Positions 52,906 to 64,000 of a stretch of 64,000 nt of DNA are shown here, one piece after another. The notes beneath the pieces were generated by a model. That model made no database searches. It had not been told where the DNA came from and saw only the letters and a program-made list of their open reading frames with translations. Origin of the DNA: Camelus ferus (lineage: Eukaryota); NCBI RefSeq assembly GCF_009834535.1, contig NC_045707.1, forward strand, positions 48,362,001-48,426,000, written 5' to 3'. The translations under genes were made by a program, and so were the position numbers. Numbering within the stretch: the stretch's first letter is position 1; each line of letters begins with the position of its first letter.

Positions 52906-54494
52906 CTGCATAAAAGTAAGCAAGAATGATTCAGCTTAACAATCATCCTTGACATATGCACGTCCCAGTTCCCCAGATCCCCAGTAACTTTGTTTCCTCT
53001 CATGTTTCTGGGCTCTCAGAAACATATTCTTACCAATCATTTGATATCTCCCATTAACATTTACATTTTTCATACATAAGTATGAAGGCTATACCATCTA
53101 TCTGATTTTTACAGAATGCCATGGAGTTTCTGAAAAGTATTATTACAGTGCATTCTGTATGTTGCTAAGATTATCATTGTGTTTACTATTCGACTTACTT
53201 TTTTTCCTGAAGAATTTTAAAACCTTGTTTATTTCCTGCAACTCCATGTACTTACTGCATATTCCTTTTTATTGAAATAATATGCACATTACAGAGAAAT
53301 AAATAGAAAATTTTGCAGTAAAATGTCCTAAACAAGCAGATGAGTTGACTATTATAGTTTTACTAACAAAACATGAGGCTATATATCACTGTAATTTGAG
53401 AGACCAGCAATCCCCATACTGATGGATGGAAAGACTCAGATACCATTGACTTAAAAGCTCAAAGCCCACTGAAAATACAAAGTCTAGATTTAGCTTTTTG
53501 TTCCTTGACACATCTGACTAGCATTTGGTTAATGTCAGTGTCTTTCTAATACATTTAGTGCAATCTCTTCCTCAGCATGATTAACTGTAATAGGGCTGCT
53601 GCTGAAAAGGTGTGCTTAATGTATTGTAAAGGGTCACAGATGGGGAGTATTAAGTCCAAGATGCCCAGCTAGCTAGACTATGAAAGATATAATCCATATT
53701 TAATATCCTTTCCCATTAACAGTAACAATAACATGTAAGCGATTTCAGTTAAGAACTAATCTAAGGCAGTAACAAAGTTAGATGGCATCCCTAATTACAG
53801 AAGGTAGGGCCCCATTAGTCCCACCTACTATTGGCTGTTCACCAATGTTGGTAGAAATTAATGTGGGTTTCATGACAATAGGTAACTAAAGTAGATTATG
53901 TGTTAAATGATTATTCAAGAAAAAAATAAGAAGATCAAGTGTATTCCACACCTTTAGCCTATTTCTTTTGAAAAACATGATTTAAAAAATCATCTAACCT
54001 AATATGCACTCCCGAGGTCCTTTATTTTTCTTTCATTTCTCAAATGAGTGGATATTTACAGGACAATTTACTTATTCAGCATAAATAAAACCTCTTTCAA
54101 AATATGGCTTTTTCTGGATCATCTGATTTTGTTTAGTGGGATTAATTAAATTTATGCTATTTCCACCTGACAGACTCTCTTCTTTGGTTAGTACATGATA
54201 AAAATGACATAATGCACTTACTAATTTGCAACCAGACCAATTAACATGAGCTCACAGTCTGCAGTCCTGAAAAATGTGATTATATTTTAAAGAAAACATA
54301 ACATAGGTAAGTTATATTGAAACGATCAAGGTGCCCACAGCAGAAAGGTAGCCATGCTTGACCATCTATATTACCATTTCAAATTTAGTAGCAATTTTTC
54401 GTATGTGTTTGAAACTTTGTAGTCACAGCCTCTGACAATTCTCCACTCCTTTTCCATACAGGATTATTAGCCCTGTACACATTCATAACTGGTA

Positions 54495-54900
54495 TTCATT
54501 CTTTCAATCAGTATTTATTATTCACTGTTACCAATGTGCTAAGTGTTAGAGATACAGTTGTAAATAAAACAGACATAAACTCTAATATTATAATGCTAAC
54601 CTTAACAATCAACTAGGGAGACAAGTTGTTCAACAAATACAAACACAAAAATGTGTATAAACTGTCATGAACTTATAAAAGAATAGCGCATATAAATGCA
54701 TAAATGTCTAATCAGGACTTTCTGTTATAAAGTCAGCAGTGCACTGGTTTGAACTGGGTGAAGTGGAGAAAGTCTTTCAAAAGGGACATAAAGGATGAAT
54801 TAAGAGTTAAGCAGACAGAATTGGGGAAATGTTCCAGACACACGGAAGACCATGTGCAGGTTCCTGGGTAAGTTACAAACTTGGTGCCATCAAGAAACTG
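54495..54900 (-). mobile_element. L2 fragment
   Basis: ttcattctttcaatcagtatttatt tail...gggaaatgttccagacacacggaagaccatgtgcagg. Confidence 0.65.
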
Positions 54901-56012
54901 AAAGACTGAGTTTAAAAAACTGCCTTTTGCATGATTAGTCTTGAGGCACACATTATAAACAGGTTGTAAAGGATAAGTGTACACATCTTATCAAAGAATT
55001 TAGCTTGTTCTGGCTTACCACAGAAATCTTATTTCATAGTTTCAGCTGGATTTATGCCTAAGACAAGCCCTTTTTCTCAGCCCCAGGTCTTGGGTAAGAA
55101 CAATGTCCAATCTACCCACCATAGCCTGGATCTAAATGGATTGATTCCACCAGCAATTGCCTCACAATGAACTGTCTGCTGCTTAGTTATGAATCTCTTG
55201 CCCAGAAGCTCCTTAAACACCCTCTCTCTGTCTCAGTCAAATTGGACTTACTGCTGGACTTCTAGTATTCTTACTCCCAAAGAATGTATAGATCCCCAAA
55301 CCCTTTTCTTCATTATCTTCTGCAGGCATTTTCTGCTTGTTGTTTCACCAGCCTCTTCACCTCCAAACAACTGCTAAGCTTCCCAACTCATTATTCCTTA
55401 TCTCTTGTCAAGCAAATATCTTACATCCCTAAAACCAATTTGCAAATATTATAGTTACGATAGGTAAGTTTTTTTAAATAGCATCTCTTATGGTCCATGT
55501 ATTATATAAAACATGTTAAGATATAATGAAGAGTAAAATAGACCAGAGTTTACAGTTACATAGTCATATATATATATATACACACACACACATATGCATA
55601 CCTACATTATATATGCATATATACACAGCTATAAATCAAATATAAGTCATAAACATATATATCCAAATGTAAATCAATTATAAATATAATTACCCATTGT
55701 AATTAATAAATATATAACAACTTAAATTTAATTTAAACTTGAAAGATGAGTAACTGTTAATCTGACAAAGAATGAGAAAGATAATCATTCCAGAAAGAAA
55801 TAAAAATGAGTGTCAAGCCCTGGAATGAGAACACTATATAGTCAGTTAGACTATATGTTGAGAAATAGACAATGGTGATGAATATAAAAAAAATGTATTA
55901 GGGTAAAAATGTTAAAGACAAGGACGTTTTTCAAGCTTCCAGGCAAGAAATCTTTACTTCTCAGCCTTCTGTAAACATCTACAAAATTTTGTTTAAGAAA
56001 TACTATGAGACA

Positions 56013-56652
56013 ATATGACCCAGGAATCCCACTCCTGGGCTTGTATCCAGAAGGAAATCTACTTCAGGATGACACCTGCACCCCAATGTTCATAGCAGCA
56101 CTATTTACAATAGCCAAAACATGGAAACAGCCTAAATGTCCATCAACGGGTGACTGGATAAAGAAGATGTGGTATATTTATACAATGGAATACTACTCAG
56201 CCATAAAAACCGACAACATAATGCCATTTGCAGCAACATGGATGCTCCTGGAGAATGTCATTCTAAGTGAAGTAAGCCAGAAAGAGAAAGAAAAATACCA
56301 TATGAGATCGCTCATATGTGGAATCTAAAAAACAAAAACAAAAACAAACAAACAAACAAAAACAAAGCGTAAATAAAGGACAGAAATAGACTCACAGACA
56401 GAGAATACAGATTTGTGGTTACCAGGGGGGGTGGAGGGTGGGAAGGGATAGACTGGGATTTCAAAACTGTAGAACAGACTACACTGTATAGCACAGGGAA
56501 ATATACACAAAATGTTATGATAACTCACAGAGAAAAAAATGTGACAATGAGTGTGTATATGTCCATGAATAACTGAAAAATTGTGCTGAACACTGGAATT
56601 TCACACAACATTGTAAAATGATTATAAATCAATAAAAAATGTTAAAAAAAAA
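56013..56652 (+). mobile_element. Young 5'-truncated lineage-specific L1 (intact ORF2 C-terminus, 3' UTR, polyA) with ~19-bp TSD
   Basis: Uninterrupted YDPGIPLLGLYP...CTPMFIAALFTIAKTWKQPKCPS...SLICGI*; AATAAA then A-tail; TSD aagaaatactat(g/a)agacaa at 55995-56013 and 56653-56671; TT|AAGA endonuclease-type site. Confidence 0.95.
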
Positions 56653-56871
56653 AAGAAATACTATAAGACAAATAAAAGCAACGTAACAGATGGCAATTTA
56701 AAGTAAACATCAGAAAAGGCTATATGGCATAGATTTCTTTGTGGGGCATCCTGTGGCTATAACACTAATTTGTCATATCAAGGAATTTTTTCATTCTTTG
56801 ATTATGACTCCTAATATATACTATTTATGTAGCATATTGATTTTCTGTTTTGTTTCGTTTTTAGACATTGC

Positions 56872-57520
56872 CTGGTATTAGGCAAACTGCAAATTTTGAA
56901 TGCACAGTTCTCAAGACTGGCCTCATTTCTGACAGCAAATGCCAGTTCAGTGGGATTTCCAAAACTCACCCTGGCTGGATAATTCATTAGAAAGACTCAC
57001 AGAACCCACAGAAAGCTATTATACTCATCGTTATGGTTTTTTACAGGGAAAGGGTACAAATTAGAACCAGCCAAAGGAAGCAATGCATAAGGCAGAGCCT
57101 GAGGAATGTTCCACACATGAACATTCTTTCCAGGACACTTTACTCTCCCAGTATCAATATGTGACAATATGCAAAGAGTACTGCTAACCTGGGAAGCTCA
57201 TTCATGCCTTGGTGTCTAGCGTTCTTACTGAAGCTTCCTTGTGTAGACATAATTGATTGACAGATTGATTGCCCACAATGACTGGGCTCAGTTTCCAGCC
57301 ATCCCTCTCCCCAGAGGTCAGGCTGATACCAGCTGCCCAGGGTGCTTCACCTTGAGCCCCACCTTGTTAGCATAAACTATCAGGTGTGGTCAGAGAGGTC
57401 AATCATGAGCAACAAAGACACAGCAATCACTCAGAAAATTTCAATGATTTAGAGATTGTCTCTCGGGGTGGGGGACAAATGCTACACCTCTTTGGGTGAG
57501 GTCAAATTCTTTACTACACA
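56872..57520 (-). mobile_element. MER21-type LTR
   Basis: agactcacagaacccacagaaagctattatactcatcgttatgg...ggtcaaattctttactacaca. Confidence 0.8.
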
Positions 57521-57865
57521 AATATTTAGAGGTACTTCCAATACAGCTGTATTGCTCTATAGTAATGACCAAAAAATGATGCAATTCATGCTCTACGTAA
57601 TTTGTCAACTCAAGCATAGCAACAAAGTACAAAATAACTGAGAAAGGAGAATAGGTATACATGTTTATATCCAGCTACTGCTATGCTGTGATCAGTAAAT
57701 AATTTCTACCCATCATCTTGTAATAACCAGCATTGTTACAGTTGGGAAATAGGTCAGTCATATCACTTAACATATCAAAAGGTTTTCAACCGTGAAAAAC
57801 AAGTGGCCATGGTGTTGAGTTGAATTACAAGATAATAAAGAATACACCAGCAGAAGAATACAACT

Positions 57866-57878
57866 GTGTATGTGTGTA

Positions 57879-57913
<35 letters not shown>
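57866..57913. repeat. (TG)n microsatellite
   Basis: Direct observation. Confidence 0.95.
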
Positions 57914-57915
<2 letters not shown>

Positions 57916-57929
57916 TCATGAATGCTTTG

Positions 57930-58490
57930 AGGGAAAAGAGCAAATGGGAAAGGATTCCCCAAGGAGGGAATATTCTAAGTCAAAACCAGGAACATTAGTA
58001 AAAATCAACTAAGTGAAGAAAGAAAGAGTGGCAAGAGTAGCTGGTCAGCAGACCCTTGGTTGTATAAGACCTCCATGGCTGCGACTCAGAAAGCAAGAGG
58101 AATCAGGGCATGAAGTCAGGCTACTAAGGTTGGGCTGGGCTAGATAATGCAGAACTTGATAATGATTTGGGCGGTTTTTCGTTATCAACATATGGAAAGA
58201 TGCTGAAGGGTAACCTGAGATGATCACATTTTTAAAAGATCACTATGCCTCCAAGGTAGATAATGGCTAGGGCAGGATCAAAATGGAGTAGAGGAGGGCC
58301 AGTTGGGAGTCTCGATCAGTATAGCATAACGCAATAATGGTAGCTTGGACAGGACGTGCAGGGCGGATGGAGAGCGAAAGATAATTTGGGAAATGTTTTA
58401 GAAACTACTATTGACAAAGTTTAATAACTGACAACATAAATAGTGAGACGGGGGAGGGTCAAAAATGACTTCTGCATTTCTTGCCTCTCA
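57930..58490 (-). mobile_element. L2 fragment
   Basis: tttttaaaagatcact...ggaggccagttgggag...aatggtagcttggacagg. Confidence 0.65.
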
Positions 58491-58884
58491 TTTTGGAACT
58501 TAAGGATTTTGAGGAAACACAAGACTTGTCTATAATTTCTTCAAGATTCCGAATCTCTAACATAGAAATTTGCCTCTTCATTTTGATATTCGTGAAGATG
58601 CCCTTGAGTACAATTAGACAGACAAACTTTTGGTAGATAGGATTCTAAGTGCTACATCAGATTCTTTTCTTTAAAATGGGTCATGGTGGATAATGCTTCC
58701 TTAGAGGGAAGAGAAAAACATTTGAAAAGCAATGGTTAGGTGGCAGTGATAAAATGTGTTAGCAGAGCCTATACCCTTGTCAGCTGGCAGTGACCTGTAC
58801 CGTGGAGCCATGCTACCCTTTCCGACAGTTTCATTAGGCAAGTCAAGTTCAGGGTTGTCAGGAAAACTAAACTCTTCTACTTAG

Positions 58885-59479
58885 TGTTAAAAACCGGTCT
58901 GAAAGTTTATCTCAGTACATGCACAGAAGAGAGCCTAAGACTGCTATCCTTAGAAAGCACTGCCTGCAGAGTTGTTCCTTGGCTGGTATCTAGCAACTTG
59001 ACTGGCAAATAGTTCCCTACACTCATATAAACCTTCTCCTAAATGGCAGGAGAGACTCACTGCGCCTAAACAGTTTGTATAAACAACATGGTTTATGCTG
59101 AACCTGCTTTCCTTTTGGGAGTCTGAAACTTTGGTACATGCTACGCAGAGGATGCCTATGTGACCAGCCTCCGGTAAAATTCCAGGCACTGAGTCTCTAA
59201 CAAGCTACGCTGGTGCATAACATTTCACATGTGCTGTTACAGCTATCTGGATGAAGAAATTAAGCACTTGCATTCTGTGTGACTCCGTAAGAGACAACTC
59301 TTGGTACTTTGTGTCTGCTTTCCTTTGAACTTCACCCCATGTGCTGTTTCCTTTTGCTGATTTTGCTTTCTGTCTTTTCACTGTAATAAATCTTTGCCAT
59401 GGGTATGATGGTAGGTTGAGTCCCACGAGTCCTTATAAGGAATCATCAAATCTAGGGTGGTTCTCTGGCCCCTAACACA
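58885..59479 (+). mobile_element. Solo ERVL-type LTR (MER68/MER77-like)
   Basis: gcctaagactgctatccttagaaag...gcagaggatgcctatgtgaccagcc...ctgtaataaatc...ends cctaacaca. Confidence 0.8.
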
Positions 59480-60371
59480 GTAAATTATTGGGGAAAATTA
59501 TCTTGCTATCAACTGTTATTCCTATGAGAAGACACTGGGCACAGATTATCGATATATTAATTCATGAGAGTAATGATGTCATGTAATTTTGGTGGAGATT
59601 ATTCAGGACAATTTCAAGCATAAAAAATATTTTAGCACTAGTACATCTTAGTATACTTACTATATCTTAAATTTGTCAGATTCTCCTGAAGAAGGTGAAA
59701 ATATGATGAGACATCATAATTTTGCACATGAACATCTTCAATGGTTCAAAAATAAAAATATCACTATCTTACATCCTTTGCACCTTGTTTTCATTAAAAT
59801 TTCTTTGTTACTCACACTTGTATTTTTGATGTTACATTCAAACCACAAAGCTTTTCCATGAGAAAGCTCTAATATTTAAAATGTTTTAAACACAGGGCTA
59901 AAATATCTCACTGAAATGATGGTGAAATGAACAAGATACAGGAAACCGCTGTAAGCTGCTTCATGTTAAAAGCTTCTTGTGCTACAGAAGATGGAACGGC
60001 ACCTCAACATTATCAGCCATAAATGACTCCTAGATTTGAATTGTGATTATGGAAATGGCAATGTCCTTTCATTTAAGTAATTACTAAGCCTCTTAGAGTA
60101 TCTTATGTGTGCAGGGTTCAAGATTTTTATTACCTTCTGAAGTCTTTATTATTCTGTACAAATTTAGCACTCACTCTCTAATGCTCTGCCTTATCAAATT
60201 CTCATAAAATATCAATAACATGCCCTGAAGAATTTTCTATTTTTTTCTCCTCTGGACTCATGACAGAGTTCTTTAATCTCTGGTTATTATTTTTAGGTTG
60301 AAACACAACTGGCTACTCCTTAAGTGTATTCCTCACCCCACCTCACCCATGCCCCAAGACTGGATTGACTC

Positions 60372-60392
60372 TGTGTGTGTGTGTGTGTGTGT
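60372..60392. repeat. (TG)n microsatellite
   Basis: Direct observation. Confidence 0.9.
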
Positions 60393-60509
60393 TTTCCTAG
60401 TAAGAGTATCCCCGGGTGAGGATAGACTAATTGTGAATATTACTTCAAACCTCACCTCACATAATTTTTAACTTATTCTTAAGCTCTCCTAAGTTTTGAA
60501 AATGAAAGC

Positions 60510-60760
60510 TAAATATTTATTAAGGTCTTAATACTTGTCTGGTACTGTTTCAAATCTATTTAACATATTAATTCATTTCACCTTCACAGTAGCTTATGAG
60601 GTAGGTACTACTATTATCTTCATTATATTGTTGGGGACATAAGACACAGAGATGTCAAGCTACTTGCCCAAGGTCACACAGCTACTCAGTAACAGAGCCG
60701 GGGGAAGGGAGGCAATCTGGTCCCAAAGCCTGAGCCTTTTATCTTTACTGTTTACTGCTT
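60510..60760 (-). mobile_element. MIR
   Basis: ttatgaggtaggtactactattatc...cttgcccaaggtcacacagctact. Confidence 0.85.
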
Positions 60761-62150
60761 TTGAGCCTGCACGCCCTTGTTTTTCATATTTACTGAGTCA
60801 GTCACGACACTGGCTCCTTGGAATCGCACTTGGTTCCCTTCCACAGCTGTGTGTTGGTCTGCGTCTTTGCCCTTTATGTGTCCTGTGCATTCTCATCCTG
60901 CCTGCCCTTCGCTCATGCTCTCTCTTCCGGAAGAGCTTTCACAGTCTGATAGGCAGCCTGGAAAATGCTGTGCAGGCAGCATGGGAATAATTTTTGCCCA
61001 TGGGGCTCAGGCTGGGAACAACGTGTGAAAGATTATTTCTGATTCCATTACTTTCAAAGATTTAGACTTTCTTGCCCTAGCGTGAAGAAGGGGAACTACA
61101 ACAAAACTCTACGTTTCTCACCTCAAACAATACAGTTCTGGAAGACAAAAATTCTGACACAACAGAAGCCGGCTTTGCTGGCCTCACATTGAATCTATAT
61201 TCAGACTTTAGAATGTGTCAGACAGTTTTAAATACAAGCCGTCAATTTCCAGTGGAAGGATTTAGAACATTTTCCCTTCTAGTCAAATCATGTAATCCTC
61301 ATAAAAATGTTATCTTATGGTTCAAATGATTAGCAAGTATTATATTCTCTGAAGCCAAGAAACCTGAAATTTTGTAGATGAATAAAATTCCGCCAATGAC
61401 TGCATGTTTTCTTAACAAAAATCTCCCTAGCTTATCAGTATCGAAACCTATTATTCCTTTTGTAGCTGTAGCCTTCTGGTTACTTCTCAGTCTTTTCACA
61501 CTTGCTCCTTCCCAGCCCCCAGTGCTCCGTCTCAGAAATAAAAGGCATTTCAAAGCTAACTGCAAGGTGTTTACTGTACAGCACCATCAATTTCCCCATG
61601 CTCTCCCTTTCTCTCTCTGTATATGTGTATCTATAATGTGAACCTGATGGCAAATCTTTAGGTTTCTCAAGCATAGTGTTTTCTCCCTGTAAATGACAAC
61701 TATTCTCAATTTTTTTTCTCTCCTCTTTCCTCAGCAAGTCTCCAAGTTTATTTCCCAAAATGTTAATCCTAAAAATAAATTAAAGAAAGCCTAACAGAGA
61801 GAAACAAATTTAAGCTAACGGTAAGACCACTCACCCTACACATTCTTCAGATAAATTAAATTTTAAAAAAACGAAGTCCAGATTATGGCCATTTCTCTGT
61901 TGTTGTTTATATATGGATTCTCTTAGAAATATTAAGAAAAATTTATACCTTACATTGTTGGCTTCAGATTTCATAAGGCAGAAGGATTACATGTAAAAAA
62001 GACATAGTGTAATCTATATTTCATATAATTTTGTGATTCAGATTCCACTCACATTTACTGAATACCTATAATAACAAACAATTATATAGGTAGGTAGTAA
62101 GATAGTAAATACTTATAAAATATTATAGATGGCTGGCTGGCTGGATGGAT

Positions 62151-62675
62151 GGATTTATATTTTCCAGAATATACAAACAGCTCATACAGCTTAATATCAA
62201 AAAAACAAACAACCCAATCAAAAAATGGGCAGAAGACCTAAGCAGACATCTCTCCAAAGAAGACATCCATATGGCCAACAAGCCATGAAAAGATGCTCAA
62301 CATCACTACTTCTTAGAGAAATGCAAATCAACACTACAATGAGATATCACCTCACACCAGTCAGAATGGCCATCATTAAAAAGTTCGCAAACAACAAATG
62401 CCAGAGAGGGTGTGGAGGAAAGGGAACCCTCCTACACTGTTGGTGGGAATGTAAATTGTGCAGCCACTATGAAAGACAGTATGAAGCTTCCTTAAAAAAA
62501 TAAAAATAAGCTTTTCATATGATCCAGCAATCCTACTCCTGGGCATATATCTGGAGAAAAATGTAATTCGCAAAGACACATGCACCCCAGTGTTCACAGC
62601 AGCCCTATTTACAATAGCCAAGACATGGAAACAACCCAAATGTCCATCAACAGAGGACTGGATAAAGAAGATGTG

Positions 62676-62721
<46 letters not shown>

Positions 62722-63195
62722 GTATATGTGTGTGTGTGTGTGTGTGTATGTATGTGTGTATATATATGTGTGTGTGTAAATAATGGAATACTACTTGGCC
62801 ATAAAAAAGAATGAAATAATGCCATTTGCAGCAACATGAATGGACCTGGAGATTGTCATTCTAAGTGAAATAAGCCAGGAAGAGAAAGAAAAATATCATG
62901 TGATATTGCTTATACATGGAATCTAAAAACAAAGGACACACAGAATTTATTTACACAACAAAAACAGACTCACAAACATAGAGAACAAACTTATGGTTAC
63001 CAAAGGGTAAAGGAAGTGGGAAAGGATAAATCAGGAGTTCAAAATTTGCACCTCTTGGGGAGTGATGAAAATGTTAGCTATCTTGATTGTGGTGGTGGTT
63101 TCATAGGTGTATATATCTATCAAAATTCATCAAATTGTACACCTGAAATATATGTAGTTCACAATTTACCACAATAAAGGTAATAAAAAAATAAA
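62151..63195 (+). mobile_element. Lineage-specific L1 3' ~1 kb (ORF2 C-terminus plus chimeric 3' UTR) containing a microsatellite
   Basis: [33 protein letters not shown] (L1 ORF2) in ORF 62225-62503; frameshifted; AATAAA-rich end. Confidence 0.95.
62677..62777. repeat. Compound (TG)n/(TA)n microsatellite inside L1
   Basis: Direct observation. Confidence 0.95.
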
Positions 63196-64000
63196 ATTAT
63201 ATCTGGTTAAATCCAGTACTCTTGACACAATTTCTAGGTTCATTTCTTTCAAAAGTTTCTCCACAATGAGTAGACATTTGGATTGATGTTCAAATTAAAC
63301 TTTGTCAATCGATACAACCCTAACCCACCTTAAAAGAAGTCAACTTTTCACATGCCTTAGAGATCAAACTAGATGAAGACAAGGCTAACCATTTATTACT
63401 GCCAGTGCAGAATAAGAACAACCCGAGAACTGTAAATTAACTGGATGTAATTTCAGTTGTGCTGTTCTCCAGAGCCCTTCTCTCAATGAGAAAACAAATG
63501 AGAATAAAATGTAAGTGAAAAGAAGAAGCCTTCATCTGGGACACACAGCAAGTATAATACAAAATGTAGGCAAGTGCCAATCACTTATGGAGAATTTCAG
63601 AGACTGGAGACCTGAAGGAAAGGAGTCATCAGTTGATGCTCCAAGATTAGAGAACTATGCTACATAGAGGAAGGATGCTGTCACAGCTTTCAATTTATAC
63701 CTGCTGCAGGTTATTCACTTCAGAAATTTAGGTGAAACTTTGTATCAAGTCTCTGAATTAAAATCACAGACCAGCATTTATTTAATTCACTATTCTAATG
63801 AATAACTGTGATCAAAATGTCAGACTTGATTTACTTCTATATTTGTGAGAAAGCAAGAATTACTGGTTGTCTTCACAATAATTGTTACTAGGAAATATTA
63901 CTCTGGTAAAGAAAGTAGGGACTTCACAAAAGAGAGGGTGGTATGGCATACCATAGACACCAAAAATCCCAATTCTGGTTAAAAAAAAAAAAGAGATGCA

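Noticed and set aside
62376..62837. 153-aa His/Thr-rich ORF and the overlapping Cys/Val-rich ORF
   Set aside because: Antisense or off-frame L1 plus microsatellite translation.
1..64000. CRISPR arrays, operons, tRNA/rRNA/snRNA genes, known miRNAs, processed pseudogenes
   Set aside because: None recognised by eye; the sequence is mammalian non-coding DNA. An Rfam/miRBase/BLASTX search would be needed to exclude diverged copies.

Overview
AT-rich, CpG-depleted mammalian genomic DNA, probably intronic or intergenic. I see no CpG island, no recognisable intact protein-coding gene, no tRNA/rRNA and no prokaryotic features. Much of the window is interspersed repeats: L1 of several ages, L2, MIR, MaLR/ERVL LTRs with internal remnants, and hAT DNA transposons (MER58, MER20, MER5). 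The youngest L1 3' ends look cetartiodactyl, most likely camelid, and I saw no Alu, BovB/Bov-tA, PRE1, CAN or ERE SINEs. The taxon call and all repeat family names come from recognition by eye, not a database search, and most repeat boundaries are approximate. The best-supported unusual features are two L1 insertions with target-site duplications (TSDs) that enclose extra sequence after the L1 3' end (probable 3' transductions), a young 5'-truncated L1 with a long TSD, and an L1 with a chimeric 3' UTR. Several splice-signal-bounded candidate (micro)exons and a minus-strand TATA/Inr/donor unit hint at unannotated transcripts, but these are hypotheses. I cannot demonstrate a new biological system from the sequence alone.
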